This document shows, in pieces, positions 9,792-17,182 of a DNA stretch of 64,000 bases. Made by a program: the position numbers and the translations under genes. Positions within the stretch are counted from its first letter, which is position 1. Each line of letters begins with the position of its first letter. Source of the stretch: an uncultured Candidatus Saccharibacteria bacterium (GTDB lineage: Bacteria > Patescibacteriota > Minisyncoccia > Phycocordibacterales > Phycocordibacteraceae); NCBI GenBank assembly GCA_964391975.1, contig CAYMNZ010000001.1, positions 198,978-262,977 on the forward strand, given 5' to 3'. The notes under the pieces were generated by a model, which was not told the origin of the DNA, ran no database searches, and saw only the letters and a list, made by a program, of their open reading frames with translations.

Positions 9792-10154
9792 ATGAACAAA
9801 CTCGCTTACATTGGTGCTGCCGCCTTGCTGCTCACTCCGCTTGCAACCTTTGCGGCCGTGACCAGCATCTACGACCTCGGCGCCCTCGTCCTCACCGTCA
9901 TCAACGACATTCTCGTACCGGTGGTGTTTGCTATCGCCTTTATCGTCTTTATTTGGGGCGTGTTCCGTTACTTCATCGCTGGCAAGCAGGATGAGGAGAG
10001 CCGTGAGAAGGGTAAGTCCCTCATGCTCTGGGGCCTCATTGGCTTCTTCGTGATGGTCTCGGTTTGGGGCCTCGTGAACATCCTTGTGGGCACCTTGGAC
10101 CTCAACACCAACGTTCCGAACTTCCCGGACACTCCAATCCCAACGCGCCGCTAG
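9792..10154 (+). CDS. VirB2/TrbC-like pilin paralogue (signal peptide + two-TM core)
   Basis: Signal peptide MNKLAYIGAAALLLTPLATFA. Core IVFIWGVFRYFIAGKQDEESREKGKSLMLWGLIGFFVMVSVWGLVNILV. Confidence 0.7.
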   Translation: MNKLAYIGAAALLLTPLATFAAVTSIYDLGALVLTVINDILVPVVFAIAFIVFIWGVFRYFIAGKQDEESREKGKSLMLWGLIGFFVMVSVWGLVNILVGTLDLNTNVPNFPDTPIPTRR

Positions 10155-10171
10155 TAGGCGTTCTCCACTCA

Positions 10172-10200
10172 AGAAACCCCGCGCGAGCGGGGTTTCTTGC
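10172..10200 (+). terminator. Rho-independent terminator
   Basis: aaccccgc-gcga-gcggggtt stem-loop followed by TCTTGCTACTAT. Confidence 0.5.
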
Positions 10201-10212
10201 TACTATAGGCCT

Positions 10213-10476
10213 ATGCAATTGAGTGGTGTCTTCTGCGGCTTCATCGACCCGGCTATTCATGTCGTGTTGATTCCGGCAATCTTCACCATGTCCTTCATCG
10301 CGTTTTTATGGGCGGTTTTCTACTACGCTATTGCGGGTGAGTATGATGAGTTTGCTCGTGAGATGGCCAAAGGTCTCATGCTCTGGAGCATTATGGCCTT
10401 CTTTGTGATGGCGGCGCTCTGGGGCGTAATTGAGGTCATCTACGGTTGGCTCGGCATCAGCAGTGCTATGTGCTAA
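10213..10476 (+). CDS. VirB2/TrbC-like two-TM pilin paralogue
   Basis: Start trimmed to ATG 10213 (MQLSGVF...). Core IAFLWAVFYYAIAGEYDEFAREMAKGLMLWSIMAFFVMAALWGVIEVI. Confidence 0.6.
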   Translation: MQLSGVFCGFIDPAIHVVLIPAIFTMSFIAFLWAVFYYAIAGEYDEFAREMAKGLMLWSIMAFFVMAALWGVIEVIYGWLGISSAMC

Positions 10477-10492
10477 TGCTATACTTTTCTCT

Positions 10493-10765
10493 ATGAACCC
10501 TCCTGATCCATTGCCAAGCGACGGTACTAACTTCTTCAAAAATCTTGAAGTCGCTATTATTGACCCGCTCATTACGCTTCTCGCCCTTGCGGCCTTTGTG
10601 GTCTTTGTGTGGGGTGTCGTTGAGTTCATCCGCGGAGCGGACAACCAGGAGGCACGCAGCAAGGGCCAGAAGCACATTATCTGGGGCTTGATTGGACTCA
10701 CTATTATCTTTGGTGCTCGCGCTATCTTGGCGCTCATCAACACCACAGTCTCGGGGTTTAACTAG
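10493..10765 (+). CDS. VirB2/TrbC-like two-TM pilin paralogue
   Basis: Start trimmed to ATG 10493 (MNPPDPL...). Core VVFVWGVVEFIRGADNQEARSKGQKHIIWGLIGLTIIFGARAILALI. Confidence 0.6.
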   Translation: MNPPDPLPSDGTNFFKNLEVAIIDPLITLLALAAFVVFVWGVVEFIRGADNQEARSKGQKHIIWGLIGLTIIFGARAILALINTTVSGFN

Positions 10766-10847
10766 TGCTGGGAAGAGGACTCGAACCTCCATGCCTTTCG
10801 GCGCCACGTCCTAAGCGTGGTGCGTATACCAATTCCGCCATCCCAGC
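10766..10847 (-). tRNA. tRNA-Leu (anticodon TAG)
   Basis: Reverse complement gctgggatggcggaattggtatacgc...cttagga...long variable arm...ggttcgagtcctcttcccagca. Anticodon loop CTTAGGA. Long variable arm typical of Leu. Confidence 0.8.
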
Positions 10848-10893
10848 GTTTTTATAGAGTACACGTTCTCTCGCATTTTGTCCGCACCGCTTC

Positions 10894-10969
10894 TGGTGCG
10901 CCCACCAGGGCTCGAACCTGGGACCTTATCCTTAAGAGGGATCTGCTCTACCAACTGAGCTATGGGCGC
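10894..10969 (-). tRNA. tRNA-Lys (anticodon CTT), CCA encoded
   Basis: Reverse complement gcgcccatagctcagttggtagagcagatccctcttaaggataaggtcccaggttcgagccctggtgggcgcacca. Anticodon loop CTCTTAA. Good D- and T-arms. Confidence 0.85.
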
Positions 10970-11018
10970 GCTGGTCTGAATACTATCGGACTTGTGCAAA
11001 TTCTTCAACCACTTTGTG

Positions 11019-11102
11019 TGCCGAGGGTGGGACTCGAACCCACACGACATTACTGCCTGGGGATTTTAAGACCCCTATGTCTACCAATTCCATCACCTCG
11101 GC
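11019..11102 (-). tRNA. tRNA-Leu (anticodon TAA)
   Basis: Reverse complement gccgaggtgatggaattggtagacataggggtcttaaaatcccc...long variable arm...gggttcgagtcccaccctcggca. Anticodon loop CTTAAAA. Confidence 0.75.
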
Positions 11103-11156
11103 GTGGAGGCACTATAGCAGATTTGGCCTTTCCATCCTTCATGAGAAGATATCGGG

Positions 11157-13277
11157 ATGGATGGTCTCCAAGCACGTGGTATCGAATTGCCGGAAGTACC
11201 GGAGGGATTCGAGCGCCGCAATGGCGTGCTTGTGCCGATTGAGAAACCCAAGGAGGAGGGAATTGTAGGTGCTTCCCCTGATGACGTACAGAGAGTAGAA
11301 AGATTCAAAACGGACACAGGTAAGGAGGCGAGGCGTGAGTGGGAAGAAAGGATTGGGTTGCCAGTCAACGTGTTTAAATCCCCAGACTCCGCACTGGTAA
11401 GCGACAAGCTCTTTGCGGCCATCTGCAGGAAGGCGAATCTCAAGTGGCATGCTAGTTTCGCCGCAAACCTCACCCAACAGGTGCTGGAGGTGCGCAAGCA
11501 TCCCTACGAGGTATTCTCGGGTCTTCCAGTAGAGCTTGAGCGTGCGGAGGCGCGCGCTTTCTTCGCTGCCGCCTCCGACCTCTATCGTTCGTATGCGCCC
11601 GAGTTCGCACAAAGCCAAGTCGCTCGCACCTCTTTCTTTACGCCTCTGTTCTTCTTCACAAAGCTGGGCTCCATACCGGAGGAGGCAGATAATCTCTGGA
11701 GCCCCCACCTTATCGAGTTTGCCGTTGAGCAGCTACCAGCCCTTCCAACGAGCGAGCCGTCATACGCCATTGCGAAAGGACTGCTCAAGATGAACCTCGA
11801 GCGGTTAGGAAAAGAAGAGATACAGTCCGTACTGGGCACACTCGCACGGAATCAGGACCTCCATACCGATCTAGCGTTGCTTATAGCTGAGCGTACCAAA
11901 AAGGATTTCAAGGAACTTATTCCGGGCTATACAGCTCCTGACGAGGGGATGTGGGAACTTGCTCCCGAAGAGCTCGTCGCCAATGCCGCGACCTACGCGA
12001 AGCATGCGTCGACTGAAGGGCTTGGTACTTTTAAGCAAGCTTCGAAAGTTGGGTATGAGTTTGAGTTCCTCCAAGACGGAGACAACGATACACTCAGCAC
12101 TCGAATCGCCACGGAACTGAAAGGACTCTCCGTGGTCGACCTCCGCAATGTGCATGCTGACGGCAGCGTGACAGAGATGAAGACGGGCGAAAGGGGGGTG
12201 CCGTTCACTCGCACTCAAGCAATCGAGCTGCTCAAGCTCGGGCAGGTGCTTGAGCGTAACCAGCACGCGGTAGCGCTGGCTTCGATACACATAAACCTGG
12301 ATTACTTACATAAAAGGGCCAGTGCGTTCGATTTCGCAAACTACTACTACGATGAGAGATGTGAATTCAAGGGCACTCGCACGCCAATTGCACGACTCGA
12401 TACGCCGTATCTGAACGAAATGTCGATTCTGCTTGATGAGACTGCGGTGCTTGGAGGTCTCTATGATGTGCTGAGTAAGGACGACCTGCGTGAATTCGTG
12501 CGACGCAAGACGGCAGGAATGCCGCTCTCAGAAATCCTCTCGCCCGCGTTTGGACCGCATGAACTGGAATGCGAGTACCTTATTGGCGCCTGCCAGGACT
12601 CCAATCAGTTCCATCTAGTTCCGGCTGTACTGCGCCTGTACGCACAGAATGCTGTACCTCGAACGCTTATGGCCCAAGAGATGCTGTTTGCGGTAGAAGA
12701 CTCGAGAGAGACTGCCTCTGTGCCTTGGGGTCCGCACCTTATCCAGTATTTCGTTCGGGATATGGGTGGAGAAGTGGGGCAGCTGTCTATCGCTAAAGCA
12801 CTCGATTCGATACCTGCTGAAGCGTTCTTCGCTATCACCCGCATCATGCATAGGCAAATGAATAAGGCATTTCTCTTAATACTCGTTGATAAAATGCCGT
12901 CGTGTACCTTCGCGCAGGCGGTGAGCACACTTCAAAATCCGTATATCGATAGCAGCGTCAGGAAGGCCCTCATTGAGAAACTGGAGCCCATTTCCTTTAC
13001 GCCTGAGGTTCGATTGTTCTTGTCGGGTAAGAGCAAGTCCGGCGATTCAATCGAAAAAAATGTACGAGTAGCTCTAGCGCAAAAGATTCAGAACCTTACG
13101 TTTGCGGAGGCAAAGGAATATCTTACGGATGCGCAGAATAATTCCCCATTGGTGCAGACGGCTGTGGCCGAACAGATTATTGACGCCGCGGGAAACCAAG
13201 AAGTCAGGGAGGTCGTCGAGGGGGGTGCGGATGTGTACGCCTCGGTCGCTGATGTACTCGAGCGAAAACTCGGTTGA
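11157..13277 (+). CDS. large hypothetical protein with central GS/amidoligase-like motif
   Basis: 706-aa ORF. Central block VGYEFEFLQDGDNDT...HADGSVTEMKTGERGVPF...ASIHINLDY resembles the G-x-E-x-E / H-x-N signature of the glutamine-synthetase/amidoligase (carboxylate-amine ligase) fold. Long N- and C-terminal extensions are unassigned. Confidence 0.55.
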   Translation: MDGLQARGIELPEVPEGFERRNGVLVPIEKPKEEGIVGASPDDVQRVERFKTDTGKEARREWEERIGLPVNVFKSPDSALVSDKLFAAICRKANLKWHASFAANLTQQVLEVRKHPYEVFSGLPVELERAEARAFFAAASDLYRSYAPEFAQSQVARTSFFTPLFFFTKLGSIPEEADNLWSPHLIEFAVEQLPALPTSEPSYAIAKGLLKMNLERLGKEEIQSVLGTLARNQDLHTDLALLIAERTKKDFKELIPGYTAPDEGMWELAPEELVANAATYAKHASTEGLGTFKQASKVGYEFEFLQDGDNDTLSTRIATELKGLSVVDLRNVHADGSVTEMKTGERGVPFTRTQAIELLKLGQVLERNQHAVALASIHINLDYLHKRASAFDFANYYYDERCEFKGTRTPIARLDTPYLNEMSILLDETAVLGGLYDVLSKDDLREFVRRKTAGMPLSEILSPAFGPHELECEYLIGACQDSNQFHLVPAVLRLYAQNAVPRTLMAQEMLFAVEDSRETASVPWGPHLIQYFVRDMGGEVGQLSIAKALDSIPAEAFFAITRIMHRQMNKAFLLILVDKMPSCTFAQAVSTLQNPYIDSSVRKALIEKLEPISFTPEVRLFLSGKSKSGDSIEKNVRVALAQKIQNLTFAEAKEYLTDAQNNSPLVQTAVAEQIIDAAGNQEVREVVEGGADVYASVADVLERKLG

Positions 13278-13348
13278 GGCCCGGGCGGGAATCGAACCCG
13301 CGCATCGCGGGTTTGCAATCCGCAGCGTTACCACTTCGCCACCGGGCC
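13277..13348 (-). tRNA. tRNA-Cys (anticodon GCA)
   Basis: Reverse complement ggcccggtggcgaagtggtaacgctgcggattgcaaacccgcgatgcgcgggttcgattcccgcccgggcct. Anticodon loop TTGCAAA. U discriminator. 3' end abuts the stop of the upstream CDS. Confidence 0.8.
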
Positions 13349-13385
13349 GGTGTTTTGGGATGATAGCGTGCTTCTAGCCAGGAGG

Positions 13386-13709
13386 CTAGATGCCCTTCGA
13401 AATCTCGTCTAAGTGCTGGCGATGCTCTTCACCACTATCGAATTCAAAGGTAACGCGAGGGAGCATGTTGAAGCGTGCTTCCTTTTTGAGGTAGTCGCGG
13501 AAGAGATCCTTGTGTCGGTTAAGGAAGGCAACAGCGTGCGTGCGTTGTGAATCCGGAAAGACAGAAACGTAGATAGTCGCGTTTTTGTGGTCGCGTGCGA
13601 GGTCTGCGCGCGTTGGGGTAATGAGTGTGTCGCGGCCTGCTTCGCGTGCAATATAGGCAGCTGCAAACTGAATTAAGAGGGAAGCGAACTTTTCGTCACG
13701 GATGTTCAT
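13386..13709 (-). CDS. rbfA: ribosome-binding factor A
   Basis: 107 aa. [50 protein letters not shown]... has an RbfA-like KH fold. Lies immediately downstream of infB (4-nt overlap). Confidence 0.75.
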   Translation of the reverse strand: MNIRDEKFASLLIQFAAAYIAREAGRDTLITPTRADLARDHKNATIYVSVFPDSQRTHAVAFLNRHKDLFRDYLKKEARFNMLPRVTFEFDSGEEHRQHLDEISKGI

Positions 13710-15181
13710 GACTCAACAATTCTAAAGCCAATCAAGATATCGCCTGGAGCTGCCTCAGCACGTGCCTCAATTTGGAGACCGAACTCCCCTTCGGTGCGAA
13801 GCTCCTTCACATCTGCACGTGCCTGCTGGAGGTTCAAAATCTTTCCACGGCCAAGCTCGATGTCTCGACGTACGACCTTTACGAGGGTGCCTACGGAGAG
13901 GGAGCCCTCCTTGAGGTTTGCACCGAGCACCTGCTTCACGCCGCTGGTGCTGAAGACCTTGAGAACCTTTGCCTCGCCAAGGATTTCTTCCTTAGAAATC
14001 TTAGGTGCGCGCTCGATAAGAATGTCGTTCACGCGCTTGCCGAGGTCGTAGATGATATCGAAGGTCTCGATGGGGACGCCCTGGCGCTCGCCGAGGTCGC
14101 GGGCTGCTGCGTCGGTCGGGACATGGAAGGCAATCACGATGCCGCCTCCAGCAAATGCGGTCTTCACATCGCCTTCGCCCACCGCTCCAACACCTGAGGA
14201 GATGATGCGGAGCGTCGCGCTCTCGTGCGTAATCTTGTTGAGCTCGTGCTTAATCGCTTCGAGGCTTCCGGTGACGTCAGTCTTTACGATAAGCGGCAGG
14301 ACAAGCTTGCCGTCCTCGGTCTCAGCAACCTTCTGCATAACGGTGCGTACAGGCTCCGTTGCTACTTTCTCAGCTTCCTTCTTGGTCTTTACTGAGATGA
14401 ACGGGGTGCCTGCAGGAGGGAGCTCGCTCCAGCCAGAGATGGAGACGGGCTGCGAGGGACCAGCTTCCTTGATACGGCTACCTGCGAAGTTCTCAATGAA
14501 GCGCACAGGTGCGACTGCTGCGCCTGCTACGACAAAGCTTCCCGTTGGAAGTGTTCCGTTCTTAAGTATCAAAGTGGCAGTAAGTCCCTGCTTGGGGTCC
14601 TGGGTAGATTCGAGGACGAAACCAGACGCTGGGAGTGTTGCGTCGGCGGTAAGCTCTGCGAGGTCTGCGGTCAGGAGCACGAGGTCGAGAAGTTCATCGA
14701 CTCCCTGGCCAGACTTCGAGGAGACCGGAGCGTAGGGAATGGAACCGCCGAGTCCCTCGAGGTAGATGCCGTTTTCAATAACCGAGTTCTTTACGCGGTC
14801 GATGTCAGCACCGTTCTTATCAATCTTGGTGAAGGCAACGACGAAGGGAACGTTTGCTTCCACAATGGCGTCATACGCTTCCTTGGTCTGGGGCTTCACG
14901 CCCTCGTCTGCGGCGATGACCAAGATGGCAACATCGGCAGCTTGCGCCCCGCGAGCCCTGAGTGCCCGGAAGGCTTCGTGGCCTGGGGTGTCGAGGAAGG
15001 TGATGGTGCGCTTCTTTCCTTCGTGTTCATGCTCCGCCTCATAGGCTGAGACGTGCTGGGTGATGCCACCGGCCTCTCCTGCCGTCACATTGGACTTACG
15101 GATGTAGTCGAGAAGCGAAGACTTCCCGTGGTCGATGTGGCCCATGACGGCGACGATAGGGGGGCGAGGAGTTAGTGCCAT
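13706..15181 (-). CDS. infB: translation initiation factor IF-2 (short form)
   Basis: [15 protein letters not shown]...[36 protein letters not shown]...AFTKIDK G-domain plus C-terminal beta-barrels. Start set at [21 protein letters not shown]. Lacks the long N-terminal region of canonical IF-2. Confidence 0.9.
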   Translation of the reverse strand: MALTPRPPIVAVMGHIDHGKSSLLDYIRKSNVTAGEAGGITQHVSAYEAEHEHEGKKRTITFLDTPGHEAFRALRARGAQAADVAILVIAADEGVKPQTKEAYDAIVEANVPFVVAFTKIDKNGADIDRVKNSVIENGIYLEGLGGSIPYAPVSSKSGQGVDELLDLVLLTADLAELTADATLPASGFVLESTQDPKQGLTATLILKNGTLPTGSFVVAGAAVAPVRFIENFAGSRIKEAGPSQPVSISGWSELPPAGTPFISVKTKKEAEKVATEPVRTVMQKVAETEDGKLVLPLIVKTDVTGSLEAIKHELNKITHESATLRIISSGVGAVGEGDVKTAFAGGGIVIAFHVPTDAAARDLGERQGVPIETFDIIYDLGKRVNDILIERAPKISKEEILGEAKVLKVFSTSGVKQVLGANLKEGSLSVGTLVKVVRRDIELGRGKILNLQQARADVKELRTEGEFGLQIEARAEAAPGDILIGFRIVES

Positions 15182-15240
15182 GATTGGCAGATTACACCAC
15201 AACGCTTCACTAAACTCAAACGAGGCCGTACTCTACTACC

Positions 15241-16371
15241 ATGAAGCGCATCTATCTCGACTGGGCGAGCGCCGCTCCAGTACACAAGGAAGCGAAGCGT
15301 GCGTACGAGCGCGCGGCCACAATATGGGGTAATCCCTCATCCCCACACGAGGAGGGGCGCACCGCGCACGAGGTACTGGAGGAGGCGAGGCGCACTATAG
15401 CGCGTATGGGGGGCGTGAAGGCGGATTCAGTTATCTTTACCTCCGGAGCTACCGAAGCCAACGGCATCGCGATACAGGGGCACGTGAAGGCATTGGGACG
15501 CGCGCCGAAGGACGTACACCTTTTATATGTGCCAAGCGGGCATTCTTCCACCGTAAAGGCTATGGAGGCGCTTAAGCGTGAGGGCTATGACGTCGAGCCG
15601 CTCGTGCTTACAGACGAGAAGCTAGATTTAGAAGCCATACAGTTACAGGTGAAGGACACCACCGCGCTTGTGGCCGTCGACCTCATCTGCGGAGAGACCG
15701 GAACGCGCTTTGATACCAGAGGACTCAAGCAGGCCATTGGTCCCGACGTTCTGTTGCTTGTTGATGCGAGCCAGGCACCGCTGGTGGAATCGTTTGAGCG
15801 CACACGTTTGGCCTGCGACTTGGTAACGCTCGACGCAGCAAAGGTGGGAGGAGTGCGAGGTGTTGGCGTACTGATTGCTCCTGCGCACGTGAAGCTCACC
15901 CCCGTTATTGAAGGAGGAGGGCAGGAGCGTGGCATACGCTCAGGCACACAGACACCCGCTTTGGCCGCAGCGTTTGCTGCTGCACTTTCTGAAGCTATGA
16001 AAGGAAGAGAGACATTCGTTCAACGCGCTCAGAGCATGCGCACTATGTTCCTCGAAGCGCTCTCCAAAGAGTTGCCAGAGGTGTGTGTAAACGGCGGACG
16101 AGAACCAGCTCCTCACATCATAAATCTTTCACTTCCTGGCATTGATACTGAATATCTCGCAGCGCTCTTGGACGCTGATGGCATTGCCGTTTCGACCAGA
16201 AGTGCCTGCGAGACAGACAGTGTTCAGTCCCGCGCTGTGTTTGCGCTTACCAAGGACGAAGAAAGGGCACGCTCAACGCTTCGGGTGTCCTTTGGCCCCT
16301 CGACCACCCCGAAGGAGCTTGAGATGCTGGCTTCTGCACTTGTTCGGAACGTTCGTTTCCTTAAGGGATAG
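15241..16371 (+). CDS. cysteine desulfurase family (class V aminotransferase-fold) protein
   Basis: MKRIYLDWASAAPVHKEA...SPHEEGRTAHE...IFTSGATEANG... is NifS/IscS-like. The PLP-lysine region is divergent (TLDAAKVGG). Confidence 0.7.
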   Translation: MKRIYLDWASAAPVHKEAKRAYERAATIWGNPSSPHEEGRTAHEVLEEARRTIARMGGVKADSVIFTSGATEANGIAIQGHVKALGRAPKDVHLLYVPSGHSSTVKAMEALKREGYDVEPLVLTDEKLDLEAIQLQVKDTTALVAVDLICGETGTRFDTRGLKQAIGPDVLLLVDASQAPLVESFERTRLACDLVTLDAAKVGGVRGVGVLIAPAHVKLTPVIEGGGQERGIRSGTQTPALAAAFAAALSEAMKGRETFVQRAQSMRTMFLEALSKELPEVCVNGGREPAPHIINLSLPGIDTEYLAALLDADGIAVSTRSACETDSVQSRAVFALTKDEERARSTLRVSFGPSTTPKELEMLASALVRNVRFLKG

Positions 16372-16413
16372 TCCCAGGTGCAGGTTCTGGGAGCCCGGAG
16401 TATACTGGAGCCA

Positions 16414-17151
16414 ATGAACATTGAAGACCTGACGAAATCCCAGCTCCTGCTTCTGACGGTGCTCGTGAACTTCGTGACAGCAATTGCCACTGCGGTGCTT
16501 ACGGTCTCGCTTTTGGCGGAGACTCCCACGACGGTTACGCAGACGGTGAACCGCATCGTCGACCACACCATTGAGACGGTGACCATGCAGGTACCAGCAG
16601 GAGGTACAAAGGACACGGGAGGTTCTCGCGACGAAGAACTTCTCACCAGCGCTGTTGCGTCAAACGTAGCGCGCACAGTGAAAATTTCTCGCGACAGCAA
16701 GGGTGAGGTAATCGCAACTGGTGTCTACCTTCCAAAGAGCCGTGCGATTGCAACCTCACGTGTGGTTGCGCTCCCAAGAGAAATCTTTGTGACGTTTGCT
16801 GATGGAAGTTCTGCAGAGGCCTCACTCTCAAATAACAGCGACACCATCGGCATTTTCGGCTTCTCCGATACGGCCATACTCCCGAATGCACCAGCCGCTG
16901 AACCGATTGCAAGTACTGAACTTAAGCTTGGTCAGACGGTCATCGCCCTTGCTGAAGGAGGTAACGTGGTCACCGGCATTATCTCTAAGGTTGATGCCGA
17001 TGGGGTGACCACCACCCTCCCATTGATTCCAGCGGGCGCGGGGGTCGTGAGTCTTGCGGGTAATGTCGTAGGAATTGGAAGCGGAAGCCCAGGGCTGCTC
17101 ATTGGCGCTGACGGCATCATGACGCTTCTCTCCGCTCCTCCCGATTCGTAA
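16414..17151 (+). CDS. membrane-anchored protein with degenerate trypsin-like (S1C) fold
   Basis: Start at ATG 16414 with GGAG SD. N-terminal TM. C-terminal ...GQTVIALAEGGNVVTGIISKV...GAGVVSLAGNVVGIGSG mirrors the DegP-type C-terminal beta-barrel but lacks His and the GNSGGP Ser motif. Confidence 0.45.
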   Translation: MNIEDLTKSQLLLLTVLVNFVTAIATAVLTVSLLAETPTTVTQTVNRIVDHTIETVTMQVPAGGTKDTGGSRDEELLTSAVASNVARTVKISRDSKGEVIATGVYLPKSRAIATSRVVALPREIFVTFADGSSAEASLSNNSDTIGIFGFSDTAILPNAPAAEPIASTELKLGQTVIALAEGGNVVTGIISKVDADGVTTTLPLIPAGAGVVSLAGNVVGIGSGSPGLLIGADGIMTLLSAPPDS

Positions 17152-17182
17152 TCATTTCTGGTAGAATAACGTCAGAGATCCT

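Noticed and set aside
8336-10765. Interpretation of the small two-TM proteins as type IV (PilA-like) pilins or as holins
   Set aside because: No class-III prepilin leader (G/FTLIE) after a short basic N-terminus. Topology with cleavable signal peptide plus hydrophobic hairpin fits VirB2/TrbC-type pilins better. Holin identity cannot be fully excluded without profile searches.
10817-11242. 141-aa plus ORF and 11139..11708 minus ORF across the tRNA cluster
   Set aside because: They overlap three well-formed tRNAs or are antisense to the 706-aa CDS. No protein features.
13772-14735. Plus-strand ORFs (141, 85 and 227 aa) inside infB
   Set aside because: Antisense to the IF-2 G-domain. Ser/Thr/Ala-rich nonsense typical of GC-rich antisense frames.
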